The notes under the pieces: generated by a model
Databases searched by the model: none
What the model was told of the DNA's origin: nothing
Seen by the model: the letters and a program-made list of their open reading frames with translations, nothing else
Shown here: positions 50,386 to 60,567 of the stretch, in pieces
How the letters are laid out: every line of letters starts with the position of its first letter
Numbering within the stretch: position 1 is the first letter of the stretch
Program-made: the position numbers and the translations under genes
Source of the DNA: Candidatus Uhrbacteria bacterium
GTDB lineage: Bacteria; Patescibacteriota; Patescibacteriia; UBA9934
Length of the DNA: 64,000 nt
NCBI GenBank assembly: GCA_018673485.1
Contig: JABHCP010000005.1
Coordinates: 102-64,101, forward strand
Direction of reading: 5' to 3'

Positions 50386-50698
50386 GGGGTATGTACCTTC
50401 TTTTAATTCCTTACGAACTTTACCAGATCTTTTGATTTGACGTTCTCTTTGAATTGCCTCTTTTTTGTTCTCGTAAACTTCGGAATAAATTAATCTGTAT
50501 GGTACAAACGGCTTCGTTGATCTTGTTTTTCCAGAATTATGCTCAAGCAATCGACGCTCGATATCATCTGTTGAGCCAATATATAGACACTTATTTATCT
50601 CACTTTGTATTACATAAACGAAATATATAATCATATGCGTCTCCGGCGTAGCCGGACCCGGCTCCGCCGGGCTAACCATTAGACGATGGGGCCGGGGT
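50364..50698 (-). mobile_element. GIY-YIG mini-element bounded by a 27-bp duplication of the tRNA-Glu 5' end
   Basis: CTAACCATTAGACGATGGGGCCGGGGT at 50364-50390 and 50672-50698. Confidence 0.75.
50371..50634 (-). CDS. Small GIY-YIG nuclease
   Basis: YFVYVIQS...LYIGST.DIERRL.EHNSG...STK...A..RE.QIK. Confidence 0.92.
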   Translation of the reverse strand: MIIYFVYVIQSEINKCLYIGSTDDIERRLLEHNSGKTRSTKPFVPYRLIYSEVYENKKEAIQRERQIKRSGKVRKELKEGTYPGPIV

Positions 50699-50764
50699 GG
50701 ATGGTGTTTGTGTTTGCGTCAGAAGGATACTCAAAAATGGAGTGTTTGTCAATAGTTATTGGAG

Positions 50765-52903
50765 TTACAGAAACAACCTAACCAACCGTAGCTCGTCGTA
50801 GGTGTATTTTTCTTTTAGATGTTTGTGTATAGATGTCAGGGTTGCGAATTTTGTTGCTTTGAAGGCTTTTTGGATTTCTTTGAATTGGGGTTCTGCTGGT
50901 TTTATGTGGTCAATGTTGGAGATTTTATTTGTGTAGAGGAGTTTTTCTATGTGCTGGATGATTGTGCCTTGGGTTAGTCCGCGTTGCTGTGCCATTTCTT
51001 CTACTGTGAGCTTTTGATCGAATAGGGACTTGGTTTCGTCGAGTGTGGCACTTGATCGGCTGGGTTTGTTGCTTGTGCGTGGTGAGGCTCGCGTGGGAAT
51101 TGGTTTTTCTTCTAGTTGGTTTTCAGATACGTGCGCTGCGATGCATTTAAGAAATTCTTCTCCAAAGGATTCGAGCTTCCGCGTTCCTACTCCGAATATA
51201 TTTGAAAGGGCATCAAGTGTTGATGGGAAATAGTAGGCCATCTCGTGCAGTGTTCTGTCGCCGAAGATGATAAATGGTGGAACGTCTTGTTCGTCTGCAA
51301 TCTCTTTACGTATAGCTCGTAATTTATCAAATGCTTCGACGTCGTATTCGAGTTTGGACTCAGACGCTCGCACTGACTTAGTTTTTTGAGCGTTTGAAAC
51401 TGGTAGCAAAATTGGATTATCGCTTTGCAGTGCTTGCTTTCCTTTTGAGCTTACTCGTAGGGTGGGGTAGTCACCGGTGTTTTGTTCTAAGAACCCTAGC
51501 TTCTTTAGTGCCTGCAGATATTCTCGCAGGGTGGTCATTGGGACGCTTTGGGCAATGCCGTGGACTGAAAGTTTGTTGTGACCGAGCTCTAAGATTCTTT
51601 TTTTGTTCGACCCTCGCAAAACATCACAAATGTGCGCTACTCCAAATCGCTCGCCGGTTCGCAAAACTGCAGAGAGAATTTTTTTTGATATTTCTGTAGC
51701 GTCAGAGTGCTCAACGTCAGGCGTAACGCAATTATCGCACGCATCACACGTGGGTTCACTTCGATTCTCACCAAAATAGTCTAGAAGATAGGTACGTCGG
51801 CACGCGTCGCTTTGACAGTAGTCCACTATGTTGTCGAGTTTGTTGATCGCCAGCTTCTTCTCATTGGGATTTGAAATGTGGTTGATGAAGTATTCCTGCT
51901 TTCGGCGATCTGCGTATGAATAGAAAAGAATACACTCACTGGGGAGCCCGTCTCTGCCTGCACGTCCGGTTTCTTGGTAGTATCCTTCAACAGTTTTTGG
52001 AATGTCCATGTGTACGACCAAGCGCACATCAGGTTTATCGATTCCCATTCCAAACGCAATCGTGGCAACGATGATTGGGGCCTCGTCGCGAATGAATTTT
52101 TCTTGAGTTTGTATTCTTAAATCTTTGGAGAGCCCGGCGTGGTAGGGTAGTGCCTTGAGTCCAGCGTGTGATAATTCTATGGCAGTTCTTTCTGTGTCCT
52201 TTCGTGAGAAACAGTAGATTATTGCTGACTTTTCTTTTTGGGATTGCAAAAGTTCTGTGAGTTGCGAGAATGCATTGAACTTGGAACGAACAGTGTAGTG
52301 AAGATTCTCGCGATTGAAGCTTGATACAAATGGTGGTGTATCAGTTATTTTGAGTTGATCAATAATATCTTCTTGCACGCGCGGGGTCGCAGTTGCTGTT
52401 AAGGCAATGACTGGTGCATTGGAGAATTTTTCACGCAGGGTATGAAGGTTGCGGTACTCTGGACGAAAATCATGACCCCATTCAGAAATACAGTGAGCTT
52501 CATCGATTGCTAGAAGCGATATGTTTAAGGTGTCTAAAAAATCAGAGAACCCACTTGAGCTAAGTCGCTCTGGTGCAAGGTAGAGAATCTTTAAATCCCC
52601 TGAACCGGCGCGTTCCATTACATCACGCTGTTGTTTTGCGGTCAGCGAGCTATTTATAAAAGCAGCGGAAATTCCATTAGCACATAATGCGTCAACTTGG
52701 TCTTTCATCAAGGCAATAAGTGGCGATACCACAAGTGTGATCCCAGGAAGTACGAGCGCTGGGAGTTGAAAACACAAAGATTTTCCACCACCGGTCGGCA
52801 TTAGGACAAGCGCATCTTGCCCTGCAAGTACGGTGTCGATAATTTCTCTTTGCAGTGGACGAAATGAATCGTATCCAAAGTGATTTTTTAAAAGTTTAAG
52901 CAT
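50765..52903 (-). CDS. recQ: ATP-dependent DNA helicase RecQ
   Basis: PTGGGKSLC, DEAHCISEWGHDFRP, AFGMGIDKPDVR; RQC and HRDC regions. Confidence 0.97.
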   Translation of the reverse strand: MLKLLKNHFGYDSFRPLQREIIDTVLAGQDALVLMPTGGGKSLCFQLPALVLPGITLVVSPLIALMKDQVDALCANGISAAFINSSLTAKQQRDVMERAGSGDLKILYLAPERLSSSGFSDFLDTLNISLLAIDEAHCISEWGHDFRPEYRNLHTLREKFSNAPVIALTATATPRVQEDIIDQLKITDTPPFVSSFNRENLHYTVRSKFNAFSQLTELLQSQKEKSAIIYCFSRKDTERTAIELSHAGLKALPYHAGLSKDLRIQTQEKFIRDEAPIIVATIAFGMGIDKPDVRLVVHMDIPKTVEGYYQETGRAGRDGLPSECILFYSYADRRKQEYFINHISNPNEKKLAINKLDNIVDYCQSDACRRTYLLDYFGENRSEPTCDACDNCVTPDVEHSDATEISKKILSAVLRTGERFGVAHICDVLRGSNKKRILELGHNKLSVHGIAQSVPMTTLREYLQALKKLGFLEQNTGDYPTLRVSSKGKQALQSDNPILLPVSNAQKTKSVRASESKLEYDVEAFDKLRAIRKEIADEQDVPPFIIFGDRTLHEMAYYFPSTLDALSNIFGVGTRKLESFGEEFLKCIAAHVSENQLEEKPIPTRASPRTSNKPSRSSATLDETKSLFDQKLTVEEMAQQRGLTQGTIIQHIEKLLYTNKISNIDHIKPAEPQFKEIQKAFKATKFATLTSIHKHLKEKYTYDELRLVRLFL

Positions 52904-53122
52904 AGGAAGGGTGGTAGAAGGGGTATACGCCTATCGGCGTAGTGGTATAAGGGGTAGAGGAGGAGGGAATTGAATTCGATCGAATTTTTATCTCGAATTC
53001 CTGAAGGAGTGAGAGATCTTCTGATAATAGGGAATAAAAAAACTCGGCTCGTCGCCGTGTTTTCTTGCACACAATTTCTAAATTGAGTGTAACGATTTCA
53101 AAGCGTCTTGTCAAACGGGAAA

Positions 53123-53254
53123 GTTTAAAGTGTTGGAGCTGTTTAAAGTGTTTGCTTCGAAATAAACATTTTAAACAAGTAAAGGCACAGCCTTTACGAT
53201 TCAACATTTTAAACCTTCCCTCAAAAGCACAATCACCCCGAACGAGTCGGGGTG
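53123..53254. repeat. About 130-bp direct repeat, copy 1 (family D array plus terminator)
   Basis: Aligns with 57560-57690. Confidence 0.75.
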
Positions 53255-53277
53255 TGAGTCGGCGCGGGTCGCACCGA

Positions 53278-53538
53278 TCAGGCGCTAGGACGGTGGACCT
53301 GGGCCGAGGCGTGGCTGAGCTCCATGACCAGTTCGGACAGATTTCTGGCGATGCAGTTCATGCCACCGCGCGCGGTGTGGCGCAGGGTGAGTACCTTTCC
53401 GCTGGGGCTCCGCGCCATGACTCGCTTGTTGCCACTGGGCAGCTTTTCGGTATCGATGACATCCCAGCGGTGACCATTGCAGTCGATGAGGGTGTCGGTA
53501 GGTTGCAGAGCTTCGAATTCTTGCTGACTGATCGTCAC
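53278..53538 (-). CDS. Small orphan protein (cassette)
   Basis: GTG start after GGAG; TTGACA at 53615-53620. Confidence 0.6.
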   Translation of the reverse strand: MTISQQEFEALQPTDTLIDCNGHRWDVIDTEKLPSGNKRVMARSPSGKVLTLRHTARGGMNCIARNLSELVMELSHASAQVHRPSA

Positions 53539-53661
53539 AGTATCTCCAGTACTAGCTGACCAATGCTAGGCGGGTCAGGAATTGACACTGCAGACTAGCA
53601 TTTTTAAGTGAGTATGTCAATGCTGTTATATTCCATGGCATCGTGTTAGAATAATCTTGTT

Positions 53662-54000
53662 GTGAAAACGTTAAGACTTCTTACAATTTCAATTATAGCC
53701 TTGGGCTTTTTATTCCACGCACCGTTGCAGTGGGGTTCTGTGTTTGTGCATGCACAAGATGATATGGAGATGGACATGGGAATGGACCATGAGGCGGCAC
53801 AAGAGTGCTTGGAGCATTGTATGAGTCAGGCGTCGCAGATGGCTGATCATCCAGAGTTTTCAGTTCCAGCTGTTGCGGCCTTGCTTGACGCTATAGCAGA
53901 AGTTCACGAAGAAGTTCAACTTTCAAATTTTGAGTTACCCGATGATCAGGCACCACCTGGCGATCAGGTACGTCTTTTAACAATCCAAAAACGCGAATAG
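53662..54000 (+). CDS. Secreted Met/His/Cys-rich leader-type protein upstream of copper genes
   Basis: Signal peptide; MEMDMGMDH, CLEHC, QAPP near C-terminus. Confidence 0.7.
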   Translation: MKTLRLLTISIIALGFLFHAPLQWGSVFVHAQDDMEMDMGMDHEAAQECLEHCMSQASQMADHPEFSVPAVAALLDAIAEVHEEVQLSNFELPDDQAPPGDQVRLLTIQKRE

Positions 54001-54052
54001 GCGTAAGTACTTTTTTTCTGGAGAGAGATTTAAGTATTTATGTTTTTTTATT

Positions 54053-55405
54053 ATGGCAAAAACCAAATCGTTCCAGCTTGATGGAACATCGTGCGCAAGT
54101 TGTGAAATCATAATTGAGCGCGAACTTACAAAGATGCCGCAGATTCGATCTGCTAACGCATCGCATACAAAACAACTATTAACTGTGAATCTTGAAGAAG
54201 GTGAGGACATCAGTCCCGAGGACTTTGAGCCTATCTTGGCAGAACACGGATACGCGGTAGTTGATCGCAAAAAGAATAAAACCGATAAGATCGAGTCGCC
54301 TCAAAAGTTCAACTGGACATACGTTGCCGGAGTGATCATTGTGATCATTGGACTTTATGTGATTCTAAAGCGAACTGGGATATTCCTGCTTTCTCCAAAC
54401 GTTGAGGAGGTCAGTGGAATGATGGGAGTGTTTGTGATCGGATTGATTGCTGCGTTTTCATCTTGCACTGCCGTGTTGGGAGGGCTGATCACAGCAGTCT
54501 CGGCATCTGTCGCTAAGCGTGGAGGGTCGCTCACCAAAGAGCAGAAAATGCGACCACATTATTTGTTTAACATCGGTCGTATAGTTGGGTTTCTAATCTT
54601 TGGTGCAATTATTGGTTGGATCGGTCAGTCTATTCAGCTCTCGGTTACAGCCAACGGCATGTTTATTCTCGTAATCGCGATAGTGATGATTGGCTTGGGA
54701 GTCAATCTTCTTAATCTGTGGCCAAAGGGTGCGTTCAATATCGCGCCACCAAAGTGGCTCTCACATAAGATTCACGATTTAAGTAGTTCTCATCACCCGG
54801 CAGTGCCCGCAACGCTTGGTGCGTTGACCTTCTTCTTACCCTGCGGATTCACGCAAGCGATGCAGTTGTTCGCATTGTCACTCGGTGATCCAAAATCGTC
54901 AGCTATTGTAATGGGAGTGTTTGCGCTTGGAACTGTCCCAGCACTTTTAGGAATCGGATGGATCACATCGACTTCCAGGGGTAGGGTTTTGAAACAAATT
55001 ACCAGCGTTGCAGGTGTGCTTGTGCTTTTGCTTGGAATGAGTAACTTAGAAAATGGATTAACTCTTTTGGATATGCATCCGAGTTCGATGTTTGTAAATG
55101 CGCAAGTTGAGGTTGGTGACATTGTGTACGATGATGAGTATCAAGTTATTAAGATGAATGTGACTTCAGCCGGTACGTATCAGCCGAGCACGTTGAGTGT
55201 TGTGAAAGATGTGCCAGTACGCTGGGAAATTGAAGGCGCTGATTTTATGGGATGCGCTAATTCATTAATTCTCTCTGCTTTTGGAGTGAGGGAATATTTG
55301 TACCCAGGTGAAAATGTAGTTGAGTTCACTCCAACTAAAACCGGGCAGTTCACGTTTAGCTGTTCCATGGGAATGGTACGCGGTACAATGAATGTAATAG
55401 AATAA
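54053..55405 (+). CDS. HMA, DsbD_2/TauE-like and cupredoxin domain membrane protein
   Basis: CASC; SSC; LPCGFTQ; FSCSMGM. Confidence 0.88.
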   Translation: MAKTKSFQLDGTSCASCEIIIERELTKMPQIRSANASHTKQLLTVNLEEGEDISPEDFEPILAEHGYAVVDRKKNKTDKIESPQKFNWTYVAGVIIVIIGLYVILKRTGIFLLSPNVEEVSGMMGVFVIGLIAAFSSCTAVLGGLITAVSASVAKRGGSLTKEQKMRPHYLFNIGRIVGFLIFGAIIGWIGQSIQLSVTANGMFILVIAIVMIGLGVNLLNLWPKGAFNIAPPKWLSHKIHDLSSSHHPAVPATLGALTFFLPCGFTQAMQLFALSLGDPKSSAIVMGVFALGTVPALLGIGWITSTSRGRVLKQITSVAGVLVLLLGMSNLENGLTLLDMHPSSMFVNAQVEVGDIVYDDEYQVIKMNVTSAGTYQPSTLSVVKDVPVRWEIEGADFMGCANSLILSAFGVREYLYPGENVVEFTPTKTGQFTFSCSMGMVRGTMNVIE

Positions 55406-55420
55406 TCAAAGAATGAGAAT

Positions 55421-57565
55421 ATGAAAAAAACAACAATAAAAATTCAGGGCATGCATTGCGCATCGTGCGCTACAAATATTTCGCATGCTTTGGAAAAAGA
55501 AGAAGGAGTTAAATCAGCGAACGTTAATTATGCACTTGAAGAAGGGCAGGTGGAATTTGATGACGCGAAAATAAGTGTCGAGAAGATTCACGGGTCGATT
55601 AAAGATCAGGGCTATTCGATCAGTGGTATGGATCATGGTGATGGTCACGATCATGGAGATGAGAAAAGTGTAATGCATAGTGTGATTATTTCAGCTGTGT
55701 TTGCTGTGCCAGCGTTTGTCTTGGCGATGTTCATGATTGATATTCCAGTTACGATTTCTGGTATCGGACTTTCGATTTGGATTCAGGCAATATTTACAAC
55801 GGTTGTGGTGCTCTGGCCTGGTATGCAGTTTCACAAAGCAGCCATTGGTCAGCTCAAGCGCATGCAGGCAAGTATGGATACGCTGATTTCCATGGGAACA
55901 AGCGTGGCGCTAGTGTTTAGTTGGTATCAGATGTTTATTGGCGGCGAGGTGTACTTTGAAACTGCGGCCGTCATTACTACGTTTATTCTTTTGGGAAGAT
56001 ATTTGGAAGCAAAGAGTAAGGGTAAGGCAAGTGAGGCAGTTTCGAAATTGCTAGAGCTTGGCGCTAAGTCCGCGCATTTAATCCAATCAGATGGGCAGAT
56101 CAAAGAAGTGTCGATCGAACTTTTGAAAGTTGGTGACAATGTACTTGTGCGTCCTGGAGAAAAGATTCCACTCGATGGAATTGTAGTTAAGGGCAATTCA
56201 GTTATTGATGAATCAATGCTGACAGGGGAGAGTGTGCCGATTCACAAGCAAGAAGGCGAGCTTGTGTATGGCGCGACGGTTAATCAACAAGGATCACTAA
56301 CAATCGAAGTACAAAAACTTTCAGCAGACACAGCTTTGGCGCAAATTGCACGGCTCGTGAAAGAAGCTCAACAACATAAGGCACCAATGCAGAAGTTGGC
56401 TGACAGTATTGCGGGTGTGTTTGTTCCAGTTGTCGCAGCTATCGCAATTTTGGTTGGTGTGATTTGGTTCTTTATTACTGGCGAGCTCAACGAGTCATTG
56501 ATTCCTGCGGTCGCAGTGTTGGTTATTGCTTGCCCGTGCGCTTTGGGGCTTGCAACTCCAACTGCAATTCTTGTTGGAACAGGGCGAGGTGCCAAAGAGG
56601 GCATATTGATTAAAAATGGAGAGGCACTTGAGCGTGGTCGTAATTTAGATGTGATCATGTTTGATAAAACTGGTACGTTGACTATTGGCAAGCCAGTTGT
56701 GACAGATGCGATATCAAAGGATCAAGATTTTTACACAATTTGTGCGTCACTTGAGTACCACTCCGAACATCCGCTTGCGCGCGCTATTGTAAATTACTCA
56801 CAAGAGCAGGGAGGTGAGGTGAAAGAGATCGAGAATTTTCAATCGATTGCGGGTAAAGGTGTAGAGGGATTGCTCGACAGGAAATTGGTCAGAATCGGAA
56901 GCCCAGCATTCATGCATCAGAGCGGATCAATCGATCACGAATATGTCGATGCGATCGAAAGGTTGCAGGATGAGGCTAAGACCGTGGTGCTTGTTTCGAT
57001 CGAAGATAAGATTATCGGATTACTTGCCATTGCTGACGCTCCAAAGGAAAATGCAGCTCAGACGGTAAAGCAACTTAAAGAGCTTGGACTCGAGGTGATG
57101 ATAATCACAGGTGACAATAAGCGAACCGCTATGGCGATTGCGAAGAAGTTAGGAATTGAACAAGTTGAGGCTGAGGTTTTACCTGATAAAAAGTTGGAGA
57201 TTGTGAAAGCGGCACAAGCCAAGGGTAAGCATGTTGCTTTTGCAGGTGATGGTATTAATGATGCGCCGGCTTTAACTCAAGCAGACTTAGGTATCGCGAT
57301 TGGATCCGGAACCGATATTGCAATTGAGGCCGGGCAGATTGTGCTGGTAGGTGGTGGACCCGAGAAAATCTATAATGCAATCATGCTGGCGCGACAAACG
57401 TATAAAACTATTCGACAGAATTTATTCTGGGCGTTTTTCTACAACGTAATCGCAATACCACTAGCAGCACTCGGCCTACTAAATCCTATGATTGCCGCCG
57501 CCGCCATGGCATTCTCATCAATATCAGTTGTATTGAATTCACTGAGGTTGAGGAAGAGGGTTTAA
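55421..57565 (+). CDS. copA: Cu(I)-translocating P1B-type ATPase
   Basis: [41 protein letters not shown]. Confidence 0.93.
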   Translation: MKKTTIKIQGMHCASCATNISHALEKEEGVKSANVNYALEEGQVEFDDAKISVEKIHGSIKDQGYSISGMDHGDGHDHGDEKSVMHSVIISAVFAVPAFVLAMFMIDIPVTISGIGLSIWIQAIFTTVVVLWPGMQFHKAAIGQLKRMQASMDTLISMGTSVALVFSWYQMFIGGEVYFETAAVITTFILLGRYLEAKSKGKASEAVSKLLELGAKSAHLIQSDGQIKEVSIELLKVGDNVLVRPGEKIPLDGIVVKGNSVIDESMLTGESVPIHKQEGELVYGATVNQQGSLTIEVQKLSADTALAQIARLVKEAQQHKAPMQKLADSIAGVFVPVVAAIAILVGVIWFFITGELNESLIPAVAVLVIACPCALGLATPTAILVGTGRGAKEGILIKNGEALERGRNLDVIMFDKTGTLTIGKPVVTDAISKDQDFYTICASLEYHSEHPLARAIVNYSQEQGGEVKEIENFQSIAGKGVEGLLDRKLVRIGSPAFMHQSGSIDHEYVDAIERLQDEAKTVVLVSIEDKIIGLLAIADAPKENAAQTVKQLKELGLEVMIITGDNKRTAMAIAKKLGIEQVEAEVLPDKKLEIVKAAQAKGKHVAFAGDGINDAPALTQADLGIAIGSGTDIAIEAGQIVLVGGGPEKIYNAIMLARQTYKTIRQNLFWAFFYNVIAIPLAALGLLNPMIAAAAMAFSSISVVLNSLRLRKRV

Positions 57566-57690
57566 ATTGTTGAAGATGTTTAAAGTGTTTACGTCGAAAT
57601 AAACATTTAAACAAGCAAAGGCGGTGCCTTTGCGATTAAACACTTAAACATTGCATAAAAGCACAGACGCCCCGACCAATGGTCGGGGCG
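57560..57690. repeat. About 130-bp direct repeat, copy 2
   Basis: Aligns with 53123-53254. Confidence 0.75.
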
Positions 57691-57712
57691 TTTAAGGTAG
57701 CACACGAGGGCA

Positions 57713-58912
57713 CTAGTCTTCGTCTTCGAGGTACATGCTCTTATTGTCGTCAGCACCGATACGTTTGCCGGCTGTCGGGCGTTGCGGTGTTAACTTACGC
57801 GTGCGTACCGGTTGGGTGGCCTTCACGATGAACTTGTCACCTCGCTCCATCACAGTGGGAATTTCTGGCTGATCAACATCACGTGTCGCACTGGGCGACA
57901 CGACTATGCCAATGCCTTTTGGCGGCGGCGGCGGTGCTACATTTGCCGCTGCTTTACCTAAGCCAGCAGGTGCGCTGGTGCGTGGTGTTGGAGCACGCGC
58001 GACGGGAATGGAGATGCCATCATAGTCATCCATTCCTGGGCGGAATACGGTTACGGCGCCATCTCGCTTGAGTCGTCGACGCGAAATTCCCTCACTGACC
58101 CGGCTGTTCACGAATGCGACAGTGTCGCTGTCTCCTGGAGCTGGTTTGACACCAACCTCCATCATTCGTTGCGCAAAGCGGAGCTCGATGCGTCGGATCA
58201 GGCTCGAGAGAATGGTCTCGAATCTGGATGCAACGATTGCAATGTGATCATTTCCTACCCACAGGTCAGGTGGATCTCCCACAACCGTAGGTTTTTGGGG
58301 CGGGGGGTCAATGTCGACCGACAGCAATTGGCTGCAGACCTTGTAAAAGATCCAGTAGCCTGCCCACAGCAAGAGGTTGAACGGGTTTCGCTGTTTGCGT
58401 TGGTATGCTTCGATCTGCTTGTTTACTTCTTCGATGATCATGCACTGACCAAAGTAGAACATGGGCAGGATCTCGATGTAAGGGTATTCCTCTCCTCTAT
58501 GTCCAAATCGAAGGATAAACGCACTGCCACGGATCAGTGGTACGTGCTGGAGCATGTTGAGTGCTCGCTTTACTTCATCCATGATGGCGTCTTTGTTGTC
58601 CGGCTTCATGTCGATGGCATTGCGGATCTCGGGATCATTGGGCAGGATCTGCATCCGCCAAATGCACACAGTCTCGACTCTTGCATTTTCAGTGTTCTCT
58701 CGTTCGCTCCAACTTTCCAGCGTGAGGGCGATGGTGCAGCTGAATTCCGTCACACCCGCTTGCGAGTGCAGTAGAATTTTTTGCGCAACACCAGATGTGG
58801 GGCCGAACACATAGTGCTCTGTTGGGAATACCGGCGCTCCCTGGGTGATGATGTTGTGTACTCGCGGATGTCCGTCTTCGAGCAAATCGAATGCTTGGTG
58901 GATCGTGTCCAT
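57713..58912 (-). CDS. Orphan protein with Pro-rich C-terminus (cassette)
   Basis: GAGG SD; 399-aa ORF. Confidence 0.7.
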   Translation of the reverse strand: MDTIHQAFDLLEDGHPRVHNIITQGAPVFPTEHYVFGPTSGVAQKILLHSQAGVTEFSCTIALTLESWSERENTENARVETVCIWRMQILPNDPEIRNAIDMKPDNKDAIMDEVKRALNMLQHVPLIRGSAFILRFGHRGEEYPYIEILPMFYFGQCMIIEEVNKQIEAYQRKQRNPFNLLLWAGYWIFYKVCSQLLSVDIDPPPQKPTVVGDPPDLWVGNDHIAIVASRFETILSSLIRRIELRFAQRMMEVGVKPAPGDSDTVAFVNSRVSEGISRRRLKRDGAVTVFRPGMDDYDGISIPVARAPTPRTSAPAGLGKAAANVAPPPPPKGIGIVVSPSATRDVDQPEIPTVMERGDKFIVKATQPVRTRKLTPQRPTAGKRIGADDNKSMYLEDED

Positions 58913-59001
58913 TGTGACCTCGGCGGTGAAGGGGCAGGTGTGAGCTAACTACAATTCATCATGTTTTTGGGGTTTTGTCTAGTTTATTTATTACACCATT
59001 C

Positions 59002-59075
59002 ACCATCTCGACGCATCGGAGAGATCTTCTAGTCACGATCGAAACTAAGAGGATTTCTCCTGGACGTCGAAATGA
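59002..59075. repeat. Inverted pair of family B-like repeats
   Basis: CCATCTCGACG..GGAGAGATCT facing GGATTTCTCC..CGTCGAAATG. Confidence 0.6.
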
Positions 59076-59088
59076 GGAGTGAGAGTAA

Positions 59089-59173
59089 AAAGCAAAACAC
59101 CAACCAAGGGCAGTGGTGCACGCTTAGAGAGCGTGGCACTGCACCTGGTCGGCAGGTGGGGCGGGGAGTTGAG
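59089..59173 (-). repeat. About 85-bp hairpin/terminator direct repeat, copy 1
   Basis: Nearly identical to 60181-60264. Confidence 0.9.
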
Positions 59174-59176
59174 AGT

Positions 59177-60079
59177 CTAGCCCTCGGTGGGCTCGGGCGT
59201 GAGCCACTGGCCCGGGAACATGTCCGCGATCTGCTGAGCTCGGCGCAGTCTGTTGCTGGTCATGTTGTGCAGGAAGTTGGCGAGGTGCTTGTCCATGATG
59301 GTTTGGTAGCGTTGCCCGGAGCGCATGCACATGTACTTACCAATGAGGCCATGGAACTGGGTAAGCACCAGAACAGTATCGCACAGATCTCGGTGGCCGT
59401 GCAGGTGACCGATCGGCGTGTGTCCTGAGCTGTAGTTGTGCATGCGGTGCAATTGGAGAAGTGCGTTCTCGTTAGCGCTGTAGGACATCTGACTGTCACT
59501 GAGCGCAAGCTGAGCCATCTCACCGAGGCAGCCAAGTTCTTCGGTAGGCAGGAAACGCACTCTCAGCAGCGTACCTTGGGCGAGTCGGAGCATGAGCGGG
59601 TGTTGGGGTGGAAGGGCATCGAAGTGCATGCGTGCGCATTCCATAAGCTGATCGGACAGCTGCATGGGGCTGTTGAGGATCTGGATCCACAGGCGTTTCC
59701 ATGCTTGCAACATAAGTGCGAGATCGCTGTTGATGCTATGCAATACTGGGTCGCAGAGCTCGGCAAACCGAGCCATGTATGTTGCTGGCTTGGGGCCACA
59801 TTTGGATGTCATTATGATACCCTTGCCGTCATTGGATAAGGCCGCGGTGTACGTGGTGTCGTACATGAGAACATTCTGCTCGCGCAGGACTTCGAGCTGG
59901 TCGATCAAGTCATCGTGGCCAGGGAGTTGACCCGGGCAGAGCTTTTGTTCCAAGCCGATCTCGGGGATCTCCAGAACGACGTGGCCTGGCCCTACGATGG
60001 TGATCCGCAGGCTCGCACGCACGTTGTGGATGTCGCCGGTAAGCTGGTCGATGAGCTCCCAGGGCGTTGCGCTTTTCAT
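59177..60079 (-). CDS. Orphan protein (cassette)
   Basis: GGAG SD before ATG at 60079; 300-aa ORF. Confidence 0.7.
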   Translation of the reverse strand: MKSATPWELIDQLTGDIHNVRASLRITIVGPGHVVLEIPEIGLEQKLCPGQLPGHDDLIDQLEVLREQNVLMYDTTYTAALSNDGKGIIMTSKCGPKPATYMARFAELCDPVLHSINSDLALMLQAWKRLWIQILNSPMQLSDQLMECARMHFDALPPQHPLMLRLAQGTLLRVRFLPTEELGCLGEMAQLALSDSQMSYSANENALLQLHRMHNYSSGHTPIGHLHGHRDLCDTVLVLTQFHGLIGKYMCMRSGQRYQTIMDKHLANFLHNMTSNRLRRAQQIADMFPGQWLTPEPTEG

Positions 60080-60180
60080 GATGTTCTCCGTGTGAGGGGA
60101 CGCTTCTTGTAAGAGTAGAGATACTCGGAAAGAAGGCATTAGATTAGCCTGTTTTGCCCGCGAGGTCAATAGTGAGTTAG

Positions 60181-60264
60181 AAAGCAAAACACCGACCAAG
60201 GGCAGTGGTGCACGCTTAGAGAGCGTGGCACTGCACCTGGTCGGCAGGTGGGGCGAGAGTTGAG
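60181..60264 (-). repeat. About 85-bp hairpin/terminator direct repeat, copy 2
   Basis: Nearly identical to 59089-59173. Confidence 0.9.
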
Positions 60265-60459
60265 CTAGGCCGCAGCTCCCTTGGCGTCGTTGATACCGGT
60301 GGTGTCGGGGTCGACGAAGAAAGCCTCGGGGCCTCCTTTGCCGTCGCAGTGGCAGTCCTGCACCTGAGCGTCGAGCTCGGCGTCGATGGTCTGGGGGTTG
60401 GTGGGGCTGGGCTCGACCAGGTTGGCGAGCTCGTGTCGTGAGAGCTTGGTAGGGCTCAT
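60265..60459 (-). CDS. Small orphan protein (cassette)
   Basis: GGAG SD; G/C-ending codons. Confidence 0.6.
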   Translation of the reverse strand: MSPTKLSRHELANLVEPSPTNPQTIDAELDAQVQDCHCDGKGGPEAFFVDPDTTGINDAKGAAA

Positions 60460-60567
60460 TTTACACTCCGTGCTGTGGTGAAGGGGCCCGCGACTGTGCC
60501 ATAAATATCGAGTTTCGTCAATGCCTTGACTGTATACTGCCTACCGCCTACTGTATACTGTAATTAT

